The notes under the pieces are model-generated. The model was given only the letters and a program-made list of their open reading frames with translations. It had not been told where the DNA came from and ran no database searches. A program made the position numbers and the translations under genes. 64,000 nucleotides of DNA from an uncultured bacterium (GTDB lineage: Bacteria > Vulcanimicrobiota > Xenobia > Xenobiales > Xenobiaceae): the NCBI GenBank assembly GCA_958366945.1, contig CATXCY010000004.1, positions 30,803-94,802 of the forward strand, written 5' to 3'. The first letter of the stretch is position 1. Each line of letters starts with the position of its first letter. This document shows positions 18,735-28,778 of this stretch, piece after piece.

Positions 18735-19688
18735 TCAGTTTCCTAAAATATCGCCTACAGATAAGCGACGACCAGCCATAAAAGCCGCTCCGTCCATCCA
18801 ACATTTGCCAGCAGGCTTAACCAGACGCAGAACTACAGCTCCTTTACCAGTAGCTACAACATAACCCTGACCTTTAATTTGGCCCAAAACTTGTCCGGGG
18901 ACAGTGTTTGCGCTATCTTCATTCCAAGTTGTTACTGGAGATGAGCCTATTTTTAATATTTGGCCATTATGTAAGGTGGCCGCTTCTGGTTCGCTATAGA
19001 GCGCTCTGACAAAGTTGGCTGTCTCTTCAGCTGTCTTATGCCAATCGATAAACAGATCTTCACGCTTAAAAGGCTTAGTATAATTGAATTCACCTTGTTG
19101 GGGCTGAGCTTGTAAAGTACCAGCCTCCAGCCCAATAGCCGTTTCTACCAACATATCGGCACCAATTTCAGCTAAGCGCTCCATAAGCTCGGAACCACTT
19201 TCCTGTGGGGCGATTTCTACTTCTTGGCGCATGAGCACCGCTCCAGTGTCGTAGCCTTCTTCCATAATAAAAGTAGAGACACCAGTAATTTTATCTCCGG
19301 CCATAATAGCAGCTTGCACAGGAATAGCACCGCGGTGGCGAGGCAAAAGCGAAGGATGTAAATTTACACAACCTAAGCGAGGCATTTCCAAGAGACTCTT
19401 GGGGATAAGTTTGGCGTAAGCAGCGACCAAAACGATATCTGGGTTGAGCTCTTCAACTAGCTTCAAAAACTCAGGATCGCGTACTTTTAAAGGTTGATAA
19501 ACTGGTAAGCCCAATTCTAAAGCCGCAACCTTAACCGGAGGCGGAGTTAGTTTGTTGCCTCGCCCCTTGGGCTTGTCAGGCTGAGTAACGACAGCTACAA
19601 CCTCAAAGCGCTCAGCCAATTTTTTTAAGGAAGGAACAGCAAATTGAGGAGTTCCCATATACAATACACGCATGTATCCGTTCCTCAA
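18735..19688 (-). CDS. fmt: Methionyl-tRNA formyltransferase
   Basis: MGTPQFAVPSL N-terminus and the HPSLLPRHRG motif; sits immediately downstream of def. Confidence 0.9.
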   Translation of the reverse strand: MRNGYMRVLYMGTPQFAVPSLKKLAERFEVVAVVTQPDKPKGRGNKLTPPPVKVAALELGLPVYQPLKVRDPEFLKLVEELNPDIVLVAAYAKLIPKSLLEMPRLGCVNLHPSLLPRHRGAIPVQAAIMAGDKITGVSTFIMEEGYDTGAVLMRQEVEIAPQESGSELMERLAEIGADMLVETAIGLEAGTLQAQPQQGEFNYTKPFKREDLFIDWHKTAEETANFVRALYSEPEAATLHNGQILKIGSSPVTTWNEDSANTVPGQVLGQIKGQGYVVATGKGAVVLRLVKPAGKCWMDGAAFMAGRRLSVGDILGN

Positions 19689-20276
19689 TTAGGCTTTCGT
19701 ATCTTCTTCGGTAGGAGCGGCTTCTTCGTTTTTAACTTCAGTAGATTCTTCAGCTTCCGTTCCTTCTTCGGCTACCTTCGAATCTTCTTTTTCACCTTCA
19801 GCCTCTTCTTCCGGATTAGCTGTTACCGGATGCACATTTTCAGCTATATCGATATAGACACGTCCATCCAAATGATCACATTCATGCTGAGCACAGCGAG
19901 CAAAAAGTCCCTCTCCCTCATAACTAACTCTTTGACCGTTTTCATCCAAGCCACTTAAACGCACCTTAGAGCAACGCCATACTTCGCCTTCTAACCCGGG
20001 GTAAGAGAGACAGCCTTCCATACCCAACTCTTCCTCATCACTCAAAAAAGTAACTTTGGGGTTGGCCAATTTAATGGGGCCATCACCTACATCTATAACT
20101 ATTAAACGACGAGAAATTCCTACTTGAGGAGCAGCTAAACCTACACCTGGAGCTGCATACATAGTTTCTAACATGCGATCAAAAATATCGCGTACCTTTT
20201 GATCGACTCTCTCTACAGGTTTGCATTTGCGACGTAAAATAGGATCATCGTTAATTCTGATTTTGAATGTAGACAT
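19689..20276 (-). CDS. def: Peptide deformylase with an acidic C-terminal extension
   Basis: GVGLAAPQVG, EGCLS and QHECDHLDG motifs; an approx. 45-aa E/A/T-rich tail. Confidence 0.9.
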   Translation of the reverse strand: MSTFKIRINDDPILRRKCKPVERVDQKVRDIFDRMLETMYAAPGVGLAAPQVGISRRLIVIDVGDGPIKLANPKVTFLSDEEELGMEGCLSYPGLEGEVWRCSKVRLSGLDENGQRVSYEGEGLFARCAQHECDHLDGRVYIDIAENVHPVTANPEEEAEGEKEDSKVAEEGTEAEESTEVKNEEAAPTEEDTKA

Positions 20277-20448
20277 AATATTTTTCCCTTAAATAATAAG
20301 ACCGAATGTCGGCCCACAGAGGCTTTTTCCAGAAAAAAAAGACTTGCTATCAAACGACATTCGGCCGCAGCTTCCCTAACGCAGTTCCCTAGTAGCAATT
20401 GACAATATCTTACCGAAAGCTCAGGGAACTGGCGTCAGCAAAATCATC

Positions 20449-21459
20449 TTAAAAAGAAGGAGCGAATTCACTCATAGGATCAGGCTCTTTTTCTTCAGCA
20501 GGAGCTGCAGGCTTAGCCTGAGTCTCGGTAGGATCCGGAGCAGCTTCTACTTTAGGTTGCTCAGCGGGCTTATCGACTTTGGGAGGATCGTGAATAATGA
20601 GAGCTTTGCACTCGACCGGAACTCTGTTGTAATTGAACCAAATAGGATTATCGGGAGTGAAAGTGCAACTCTGTCCAGCTTCCAAAATACCTACATCTTT
20701 GCTCCAAGTGTTCACCACAGTTCCATCATAGAGCACTGCATTTACGTTAAACTGTACACCACTCAGGGAAGTGCTGCCAGTATTTGTAATTTTGGCGCTA
20801 TTGAAGTGGACTTCAGCAGTGTAGGCACCGCCAGCATCGTTGTTAAACCAATCAATGCTGTTGACAGCAATAGGAGATTGAGAATTGCTGCCATCAGTTT
20901 CAATCTTACCCTGGGCGTTAAGTTTGTACTTCACTTCACCGCCACTTTTTTTAGCTGAATCAACATTTTTACCAGCACCTTTGGAAACGCTGGAACGTGG
21001 AGTGGCAGCAGCTATTTGAGCTTTAGTAACAGGAACTATTAAATCGATACTGCCAATGGCGGAAGAAACTGTATATTTCAAGCCAAAATATTTAGCAAAA
21101 GTTTGTACATCAACAGTCAGATGACCGGCTTTCAGAGCAGTAGGCAGAACAAATTCTTTACCGCCAAAAATCACGCTGGTAATGTTAGAGTCAAGAAGTG
21201 GACCATTAGCCTCTCCCTTGACACTTTTCTTAGACTCTGCGGCAGTATAAACATACAGCTTGCTGCCGTCCAAATTCCAAGTGTAATTCAAGGATTTAAG
21301 CAAATCATCCAAATTTGCTTTGACAGTCTCTCCGGAAATAACGGCACTGCCTTTAAATGGACGGTTACGCACATAGAAATCATAATCAGCGGCACTTACC
21401 GAAACGGCAGAGCCCAGTAAAATGGCAGCCGTCAAAAAGCCATAGAAAAATTTGTTCAT
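20449..21459 (-). CDS. Secreted hypothetical protein with a Pro/Ala/Glu-rich C-terminus
   Basis: Signal peptide MNKFFYGFLTAAILLGSAVSVSA; no recognisable catalytic motif. Confidence 0.45.
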   Translation of the reverse strand: MNKFFYGFLTAAILLGSAVSVSAADYDFYVRNRPFKGSAVISGETVKANLDDLLKSLNYTWNLDGSKLYVYTAAESKKSVKGEANGPLLDSNITSVIFGGKEFVLPTALKAGHLTVDVQTFAKYFGLKYTVSSAIGSIDLIVPVTKAQIAAATPRSSVSKGAGKNVDSAKKSGGEVKYKLNAQGKIETDGSNSQSPIAVNSIDWFNNDAGGAYTAEVHFNSAKITNTGSTSLSGVQFNVNAVLYDGTVVNTWSKDVGILEAGQSCTFTPDNPIWFNYNRVPVECKALIIHDPPKVDKPAEQPKVEAAPDPTETQAKPAAPAEEKEPDPMSEFAPSF

Positions 21460-21726
21460 TCTTAGTCCTCCAAAAATATGAGAAACTTTTTCCTGCCGAA
21501 TTGCACTTTTGAGCGAACGGCACTACTTCAAAGGCAACAAACTAGAGCAAATAAGACGCGCCGCCTTTTCAGCAGTTCAACCGGACTATCTCAGCACCCA
21601 TCAAAATCGGGATTCAACACAGAAACAGAATATCCGCCTGCCGTGGCTCATAAAGAGTTCGCAAAAAGAAGCCCTATTCAACAGCATGTAAAAAAGCCAG
21701 CTGAAATAGGGCCACAAGCAAGCGAA

Positions 21727-23100
21727 TTACTTCACAAACTTTAAGTCTATAGGCGTACCTACAAAACCAAAAGCTTCACGCAACTGGTTTTCCAGATAGC
21801 GCTTATACGAAAAGTGAACCAAATCGGGAGAATTGCACTTGAAAGTAAAGCGAGGCGGAGCACTGGGTCTTTGACTGACATACTTGATCTTCAGACGCTC
21901 ACCCTTGTAACTTGGCGGCGGCCTTAAGGCTACGGCTTCTTTAACAACTTGGTTGAGCACAGGAGTAGGAACTCGGCGGCAAGATTCGTCATATGAATCT
22001 AAAGCTGCTTCCAAAATTTCGTCAACTCCATCACCAGTTAGAGCGGAAGAGAAAATAACTGGCGCATAAGCCATAAACTCCAGATCTTTGCCTAATTTTT
22101 TAACAAAGCGTTGCTTCCACTCTTCTACTTTAGCTCCGTTAGCCAGTCCTTCCCCATCTTCTCCAGCTAATTCACGCACCAAGTCCCATTTATTGACTAC
22201 AATAACAGAAGGCTTTCCTGATTCGTGAATATCTCCAGCCACACGCTTATCTTGAGCTACCACACCATCTCTGGCATCGATAACCAAAATAGCAACATCA
22301 GCCTTTTCCAAAGATTGGGAAGCTCTAACGCTGGAATAGAACTCGACACTTTCATCGACTTTAGCTTGGCGACGCAAACCAGCAGTATCAATTAAACGCA
22401 CTACTCTATCGCCATATTCTACTACGGTTTCTACGGAATCACGCGTAGTTCCAGCTTGATCGTGGACGATACTGCGTTCTTGACCTATAAGGCGATTCAT
22501 AGTAGAAGATTTGCCCACATTGGGACGGCCTACCAAAGCAATCGAAACTTCCTGCTCTTCACTTGGCTTAACCTCGGCAGGCAATCTTTCCAAAATAGCA
22601 TCCAGAAGATCTCCAGTAGAGATGCCGTGAATGGCTGAAACAGGATAAGGATCACCCATGCCCAAAGCATAAAATTCGACAGCATGAGTTTCAATATCTA
22701 AAGTTTCAGCTTTGTTGGCAATAAGCAATACCGGTTTTTTGGAGCGACGTAAGATATTAGCCACTTCCTCATCCAAAGGTTGGACACCGGCACGAATATC
22801 AACAACAAAAAGCACTAAATCAGATTCATCTACAGCTGTTTGAGCTTGCTGATGAATATCGCGGCGCAGAATATCGGGGTCATTAGGATCGATACCTCCG
22901 GTATCGCAAACTGTAAAAGTGCGTCCGTTCCACTCGCATGTGCCGTAAATACGGTCACGAGTAATACCTGGCGTATCTTCTACAATAGCTTTGCGCTCGC
23001 CAGTCAAACGATTAAACAGCGCCGATTTACCCACATTGGGGCGACCGACTATAGCAACCATAGCGTTGCTGTTTAAACGCGGCTTAGCTTGATTGTTCAT
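21727..23100 (-). CDS. der: Ribosome-biogenesis GTPase Der (EngA), tandem GTPase domains
   Basis: Two G1 motifs, GRPNVGKSALFN and GRPNVGKSS, plus a C-terminal KH-like domain. Confidence 0.9.
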   Translation of the reverse strand: MNNQAKPRLNSNAMVAIVGRPNVGKSALFNRLTGERKAIVEDTPGITRDRIYGTCEWNGRTFTVCDTGGIDPNDPDILRRDIHQQAQTAVDESDLVLFVVDIRAGVQPLDEEVANILRRSKKPVLLIANKAETLDIETHAVEFYALGMGDPYPVSAIHGISTGDLLDAILERLPAEVKPSEEQEVSIALVGRPNVGKSSTMNRLIGQERSIVHDQAGTTRDSVETVVEYGDRVVRLIDTAGLRRQAKVDESVEFYSSVRASQSLEKADVAILVIDARDGVVAQDKRVAGDIHESGKPSVIVVNKWDLVRELAGEDGEGLANGAKVEEWKQRFVKKLGKDLEFMAYAPVIFSSALTGDGVDEILEAALDSYDESCRRVPTPVLNQVVKEAVALRPPPSYKGERLKIKYVSQRPSAPPRFTFKCNSPDLVHFSYKRYLENQLREAFGFVGTPIDLKFVK

Positions 23101-23202
23101 GTATTTTTATTTCCTATAGTTTCGTACAGGCAACTCTACCAAAAGAGCTGCCATTAAGATAAACATTTTTGTTCAGGCTTGACAAAAGCCGATATTTCTT
23201 AA

Positions 23203-24054
23203 CTAAGAGCGAGATACAGGCCCTAAAGTTTGCAATTGAGCAATAGAGCTCATAACTTGGTTGCAAACTTCTTTCATGGCTTTAGGATCTGGCCGTTCAT
23301 TTAAGGCTACTGGTATAGGCTTGCCGAAGCGAATGCTCAAGCGATGTCCACAAGGTATACCATGATTGTGCCCTATTTCATAAGTGTTAAAAACACAGGC
23401 CGGAACTATGGGCACACCGCTTTTTAATGCCATAACAGAAACACCAAGTTTGCCTCTTTGCAATTTTCCGTCTTTAGAACGCGTACCCTCGGGAAAAATT
23501 CCAACCACTCGGCCACTTTTAAGCAAATCTATGGCTTGGTTGACGGAGCTACCGTCTTTGGAGCTTCGATCTACCCAAACACAACCACAACCAGCCAGAA
23601 TTTTGCCTAAAACAGGAATCATGAAAAGCTCTTTTTTAGCTACAAAATGTACTTGTCTGAAATTGATGGCAATGCTAACTAGAGGCGGATCGAAAAGAGA
23701 AACATGGTTGGAAGCTATTAAGCAACCGCCTTCTTTGGGAATGTTTTCCAGTCCCTCAGAATCTACTCCAAATAAAGTATTGCAGTATAAATATACGGCA
23801 CTGCGAGCAACTTTATATAAAGTTTGTTTAAAGTTCGGAGGCTTTAAACAAACTTTACCTAACGGCGTATGGCGCAAACTTTCGGGAATAATACGCAGCG
23901 AGGACAAGGCAGTAGCGCCTGCGGTAGCTTCACCATCTGAAGGCGGCGAGCTTTCGTCAAGATTTGTAGTAGCTACCGACTTATCCGATAAGGCGTCGGT
24001 ATTCTGACCTTGGCTTTGCTCACTCATGGGCAGAGGCTGCCTCAGCATAATCAC
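23203..24054 (-). CDS. plsC: 1-acyl-sn-glycerol-3-phosphate acyltransferase
   Basis: NHVSLFDP (HX4D) and FPEGTRS motifs. Confidence 0.8.
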   Translation of the reverse strand: MIMLRQPLPMSEQSQGQNTDALSDKSVATTNLDESSPPSDGEATAGATALSSLRIIPESLRHTPLGKVCLKPPNFKQTLYKVARSAVYLYCNTLFGVDSEGLENIPKEGGCLIASNHVSLFDPPLVSIAINFRQVHFVAKKELFMIPVLGKILAGCGCVWVDRSSKDGSSVNQAIDLLKSGRVVGIFPEGTRSKDGKLQRGKLGVSVMALKSGVPIVPACVFNTYEIGHNHGIPCGHRLSIRFGKPIPVALNERPDPKAMKEVCNQVMSSIAQLQTLGPVSRS

Positions 24055-24754
24055 GACAAATTATATCGGCTACTTCTTCAGCACTAAGAGAACTGCAATC
24101 TATATAAGAAGCTCCAGGTGCTTTGACTAAAGGAGAATCAGCTCGATGAGTATCTTCATAGTCACGCTCGGCTAGTTGCTTATAAATATCATCGTAAGTG
24201 AGAGTATTACCGGGACGGCTTTGCATATCCAGCAAACGGCGGCGAGCTCTCTCCTCTAAGCTGGCATCCAAGAAATATTTCAACCTAGCATCAGGCAGAA
24301 CAACGGTGCAAATATCGCGGCCGGCCATAACGATACCCCCATCATCGGCAATTCGTTTTTGCCTTTTTACCATGTCCGCCCTAACAGCCGAACAGCTGGC
24401 CACTTTAGATACGGCCCCACTTACTCTGGGACTATGCAAATCAGCAGTGATGTCACGTCCGTCCACAAAAACTTTGCAACCAGCGGCGCTGTCTTTGTCA
24501 GGTTCAAGGCGCAAGTCCAAGTTTTGAGCTAGCAATCCTAAAGCTTGCTCGTCATCTAAAGCACAATTTTTCTCCAGAGCTTGCCAAGTTGCGGCCCTGT
24601 ACATCATGCCAGTATCTAAATACAGTAATCCTAAGCGAGCAGCAACTAAGCGAGCCACTGTGGTTTTACCTCCGGCAGCTGGCCCATCGATAGCGATATT
24701 GATATTGCAATTACACATAGTTCTGGAGTCCCTCATATATGCACGCAAACGCAC
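24020..24754 (-). CDS. cmk: Cytidylate kinase
   Basis: IAIDGPAAGGKTTVARL P-loop and LDTGMMYRA motifs. Confidence 0.85.
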   Translation of the reverse strand: MRLRAYMRDSRTMCNCNINIAIDGPAAGGKTTVARLVAARLGLLYLDTGMMYRAATWQALEKNCALDDEQALGLLAQNLDLRLEPDKDSAAGCKVFVDGRDITADLHSPRVSGAVSKVASCSAVRADMVKRQKRIADDGGIVMAGRDICTVVLPDARLKYFLDASLEERARRRLLDMQSRPGNTLTYDDIYKQLAERDYEDTHRADSPLVKAPGASYIDCSSLSAEEVADIICRDYAEAASAHE

Positions 24755-25073
24755 TTCTATAACTACCTACAAAGGCGGGAGCTTATTGTTCATGCTAGAA
24801 ATGACGCTGCAACTCGACAGGAATGCAACTATCACGTCTCTCTCAATAAGCGCAAATGCTAGTGCATTTCGCGGCATTCTCTCCGGGCCGGTTCGCCATA
24901 CCAACCTTTATCCCCTACCTAAGAGGTGAAGTACTTCGGTTAAGAATGGCCTAAAAAGCCAATTTGCTTTTAGTGCAGCAGGAAAAAAAAAGACCAACTA
25001 TCAAGAGCTTTAGACAGATTTGAGTCTGCTTCTCAGCGAGTGAACTAAAATACAAAACAAAGGAATTTTATTC

Positions 25074-25631
25074 GTGAATAAAGCTATTTTTTTAGATCGA
25101 GACGGTACCTTAATTGAAGAAGTAAATTTCTTGCATAAACCAGAGCAAGTGCGTTGGATTGAGGGAGTTCGGGAAAAGCTAGCCGCTTTATATAAACAAG
25201 GTTGGCGCTTAATTATGGTAACTAATCAATCCGGAGTAGCTCGCGGCTACTTTACTATGGATGACGTCAATAAAGTATATACATATATGCAAGATAGTTT
25301 GCGCCCTTATGGAGTGCAATTTCAAGCTATGTATTGTTGTCCGCATCATCCTGTATTTTCCCAAAGCGAAGCCGATCGCCATTGTTCTTGTCGCAAGCCC
25401 AAGCCTGGTATGTATTTGCAAGCCCAGAAAGACTGGGATTTGGACTTATCTCAATCTGTAGCTTTTGGTGATAAATTGACCGATATAGAAGCCCCATTAG
25501 CCTTGGGATGCCGCTGTTTCTTAGTAGGCACTGGCTATGGAGCCGGTGAAGCGACTAAGTTGCAAGACGAGCGCTATGCCAAAATAGAAACATGTTCTGA
25601 TTTGGCAGTCGGACTAGATCTACTTCTTTAA
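25074..25631 (+). CDS. gmhB: D-glycero-D-manno-heptose-1,7-bisphosphate phosphatase (HAD IIIA)
   Basis: IFLDRDGTL HAD motif I and the Zn-binding CCPHHP...CSCRKPKPGM signature. Confidence 0.75.
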   Translation: MNKAIFLDRDGTLIEEVNFLHKPEQVRWIEGVREKLAALYKQGWRLIMVTNQSGVARGYFTMDDVNKVYTYMQDSLRPYGVQFQAMYCCPHHPVFSQSEADRHCSCRKPKPGMYLQAQKDWDLDLSQSVAFGDKLTDIEAPLALGCRCFLVGTGYGAGEATKLQDERYAKIETCSDLAVGLDLLL

Positions 25632-27673
25632 ATGAGCGATTGAGGCTCAGGATCTACGGAAATGCGCACCTCGAAGTGCTTCTTGTTTAGCTTTTCGGCT
25701 ATTTCGGCACAACCGGAAACAAATTGGCCAAGGCCGCAATTGGGCTGACCTTTGATTAGCAAATGCCAACGATATTGACCTTGAATACGCTCTATGGGAC
25801 AGGGAGCTGGGCCTACAACTTCTCCTTTTGTAAAAGAAGCTCGCATAATATTTGCGGTTTCTATAGCAGCTAGCTGAACCTTTTGCGGCTCCGAGCCAGA
25901 AAAAATAAAACGCAGTAGACGGCGGAAAGGAGGATAAAGTAGCTGGCGGCGCACTTTTATTTCACTATCATACATAGCCTGATAGTCATGATTCACCACA
26001 GCTTCAATAATGGGGTGTTCCACATTCCAAGCTTGGATAATCACTTCTCCCCCAAGTTGGCCGCGGCCGGCTCGTCCAGCCGCTTGGGAAAGTAATTGAA
26101 AAGTACGCTCACCGGCTCTAAAATCGGGCTGATTCAATTCGGCATCAGCTCGCAAAATGCCAACTAAAGTAATTTTGGGATAATCTAATCCTTTGGCAAT
26201 CATCTTTGTGCCGAGCAAAATTTGTGTCTTACCGCTGCCAAATTCTTCCAAAATAGCTTGGTGAGCGCCTTTACGTCCAACTGTATCTCGATCTAGTCTA
26301 GAAATGCCTACTCCGGGAAAAAGTTCAGCAATTTCTGCAGCTAAACGCTCCGATCCCGGAGCGCCTACTTTAAAATTGAGCGCTTTACAATTAGGACAAC
26401 AGTTATTGACAGGCTGGCGATAGTCACAATAGTGGCAAATCATGCTCTTAGAGCTGCGGTGCCAAGTCAAACTTATGCTACAACGAGGGCACATAGGCAC
26501 ATAGCCACATTTGCTGCATTGCAAACTACTAGCGAAACCGCGCCTATTGAGCAATAGAACAGATTGTTCTCCTCTGGCTAAGCGAAGCTTTAAAGCTTCA
26601 TACAGCGCCCGGGAAATTAAGCTATTATTCCTCTCTTGACGCATATCGACTAAGCGTACCGGAGGTAAAGGCCGACCTCCTGGACGCGATTCCAGCTTAG
26701 CTAAACGGTAGATACCTTTTTGCGCTAAATAAAAACTTTCGATAGACGGTGTGGCACTACCCAGCACTAAAGCGGCTTTATGTCTTTGAGCTCGCATAAA
26801 AGCTACTTGGCGAGCGTGATAGCGCGGTTGGTTTTCTTGTTTGTAAGAAGATTCATGTTCTTCATCGACACAAATAAAACCAATATTGTCGAAAGGAGCA
26901 AAAATAGCCGATCTTGTTCCTAAAGCTACGCTGAGTTCGCCGCGTCGCATAGCCCACCAATAGTCACGCCTAGAAGCTTCAGTTAGAGCTGAATGCAAAA
27001 CGCCTACTCTATCTCCCAAACGCCCTTTGTAGCGTTCTACCGCTTGCGGAGTTAGAGACAACTCCGGAACCAAAACAATACCTTGCCTGCCCTGTTCCAA
27101 AATACGGTGTAATGCTTGCAAATAAACTTCTGTTTTTCCGCTTCCAGTCACTCCATAAAGCAACACGGGCTTGCCATCTTGAGCCGATTGGCAAATCATA
27201 TTTACAGCTGCTTCTTGAGCAGAAGTTAGAGGAAGTAAAGGATAAGCGGCTGTTTCTTTTACTTCTGTTTCTGTTTTGCGTTTGGACAAAACTCGCTTTT
27301 TGGCCCACATAGCTCGCATGCGCTTCATTACCGGAGCCGGAACAACCGTTTGAAAACTATCAAACCAAGAACCGGCATAGTATCGACGCATGATATTAAC
27401 CAATTGCATAAGCTCACCACCCCAAAAGGGAGCAGCTTCTAACACTTTGGCAATAGGACGCAAAGAATACTGTCGCTCTTCCTCAGAAAGCTCGTTATAA
27501 ACCTCTACCACAACTCCGTTGAGATTGCGCGAGCCTAAAGGAACCTCAACTACGCAGCCAGCCACCAAACTATTTTGGTATTCTTGGGGTATTGCGTAAG
27601 TAAAAAGACGATTTAAAGCCCGCGCCGAAGACTCAACTACAACGCGGGCATATTTGTGACCAAAAGAATCCAC
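25628..27673 (-). CDS. priA: Primosomal protein N' (replication restart helicase)
   Basis: LLYGVTGSGKTEVY Walker A, VDEEHESSYKQ, and the Cys-rich zinc-binding insert (CSKCGY...CPRC...CHYC...CPNC). Confidence 0.9.
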   Translation of the reverse strand: MDSFGHKYARVVVESSARALNRLFTYAIPQEYQNSLVAGCVVEVPLGSRNLNGVVVEVYNELSEEERQYSLRPIAKVLEAAPFWGGELMQLVNIMRRYYAGSWFDSFQTVVPAPVMKRMRAMWAKKRVLSKRKTETEVKETAAYPLLPLTSAQEAAVNMICQSAQDGKPVLLYGVTGSGKTEVYLQALHRILEQGRQGIVLVPELSLTPQAVERYKGRLGDRVGVLHSALTEASRRDYWWAMRRGELSVALGTRSAIFAPFDNIGFICVDEEHESSYKQENQPRYHARQVAFMRAQRHKAALVLGSATPSIESFYLAQKGIYRLAKLESRPGGRPLPPVRLVDMRQERNNSLISRALYEALKLRLARGEQSVLLLNRRGFASSLQCSKCGYVPMCPRCSISLTWHRSSKSMICHYCDYRQPVNNCCPNCKALNFKVGAPGSERLAAEIAELFPGVGISRLDRDTVGRKGAHQAILEEFGSGKTQILLGTKMIAKGLDYPKITLVGILRADAELNQPDFRAGERTFQLLSQAAGRAGRGQLGGEVIIQAWNVEHPIIEAVVNHDYQAMYDSEIKVRRQLLYPPFRRLLRFIFSGSEPQKVQLAAIETANIMRASFTKGEVVGPAPCPIERIQGQYRWHLLIKGQPNCGLGQFVSGCAEIAEKLNKKHFEVRISVDPEPQSLI

Positions 27674-27689
27674 GGACTCTTAAGCTCGT

Positions 27690-28652
27690 TTACTTATCTA
27701 AAGTTACTAAAATAGCCTTATCGAAGCCGTGATCCTTCAGACGTTGCAAAGCAGCTTCGGCATCGGCTCTGGTAGAGAACGAACCGGAGTAAACTCTATA
27801 GAAGAAGCTACCACCGGAGCGCTCAAACTTGCGATAGGCTGCTTCATAACCTTTAGCTTTAAGAGAATCTACCAATTCTTTGGCATTGACTTCATTGGAG
27901 AAAGCACCTACCTGGCAGCTGAGGTATTTACCCTCGGGAACAGGGGCATATTTCTTGTTAGAGGCCGGAGCCTGGCTAGAAGACACAGCCGGAGCTTTAA
28001 CAGAAGCGCTGGAACGTACAGTAGAAGAAGCTGGAGCGGTAGAAGGAGCTTTTACGGACGGCTTAACAGCGGGAGTTTTTACATTGCTAGACTGGCTAGC
28101 AGAACTTGTTTCAGTCTTGGTAGTGGTAGTCTGAGTTTTACTGACAGACGGTACGGGAAGAGCTCCGCTGGCCAGAAGGTTTTCGGCATAGCTAAACACA
28201 TCGGCAGCAGCTCTTTTTTCATTAACTATGCGATCGATACGATAGATAACTTTGCTGGGTAAGCGATCATTAAGCACAATTACACCCAAGAAAAGTAAAT
28301 CTTCACCTAAAATATTGAGTTTTTTCTCGCAAAATTGCTTCTCGCGGTCGTGGTTAATGTGATAAGAAAAAACTTGCATACCAGAGCGGGCACGATTGTA
28401 TTTATAGGCGCCTTTTTCATCTTTTTCCGCTAGAAGCTTGGTAATTTCCGAAATTAATTCTTTTTCAGAACGTACCATATCGGGCTTAGATTCGTCACCG
28501 ACAATGAGGACGGCATAACCGCTATTCTTAGTTTCTGGCTCTGCGGCCCAAGCTGTTTTATGAAAAGAACTGAATCCGCATAAAAGTGCAAATACCAGAG
28601 CAACAATCGCTGCGATATTGAAGCGAATACTTCTGAATAAATTTGTATTCAA
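27690..28652 (-). CDS. SPOR-domain septal peptidoglycan-binding membrane protein
   Basis: N-terminal TM segment, Ser/Ala/Thr-rich linker and a C-terminal SPOR-like domain (YLSCQVGAFSNEVNAKELVDSLKAKGYEA...YRVYSGSF). Confidence 0.65.
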   Translation of the reverse strand: MNTNLFRSIRFNIAAIVALVFALLCGFSSFHKTAWAAEPETKNSGYAVLIVGDESKPDMVRSEKELISEITKLLAEKDEKGAYKYNRARSGMQVFSYHINHDREKQFCEKKLNILGEDLLFLGVIVLNDRLPSKVIYRIDRIVNEKRAAADVFSYAENLLASGALPVPSVSKTQTTTTKTETSSASQSSNVKTPAVKPSVKAPSTAPASSTVRSSASVKAPAVSSSQAPASNKKYAPVPEGKYLSCQVGAFSNEVNAKELVDSLKAKGYEAAYRKFERSGGSFFYRVYSGSFSTRADAEAALQRLKDHGFDKAILVTLDK

Positions 28653-28778
28653 GGTGAAACCTCCGATCAGTTTATTACAAGCTTAAAAACAGCCAAAAAT
28701 AAACCGGTCACATAAACTACAAAATATCGAGGGGCAGACTTTTTTGCAAATCAGTCTGCTAATCCTTCCCCCATTTTT

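Noticed and set aside
20277-20448. Inverted repeats CCGAATGTCG / CGACATTCGG upstream of def
   Set aside because: Arms are separated by about 35 nt without a clean T-tract; could be an operator or a weak terminator, but evidence is insufficient to call it.
23384-24007. 207-aa ORF antisense to plsC
   Set aside because: Fully embedded opposite a gene with clear acyltransferase motifs; low-complexity S/T/P-rich translation; no motif.
24755-25073. 320-nt divergent intergenic region between cmk and gmhB, examined for an ncRNA (RNase P, SRP, 6S, riboswitch)
   Set aside because: No recognisable conserved ncRNA motifs by eye; most simply a bidirectional promoter region. An Infernal/Rfam scan would settle it.
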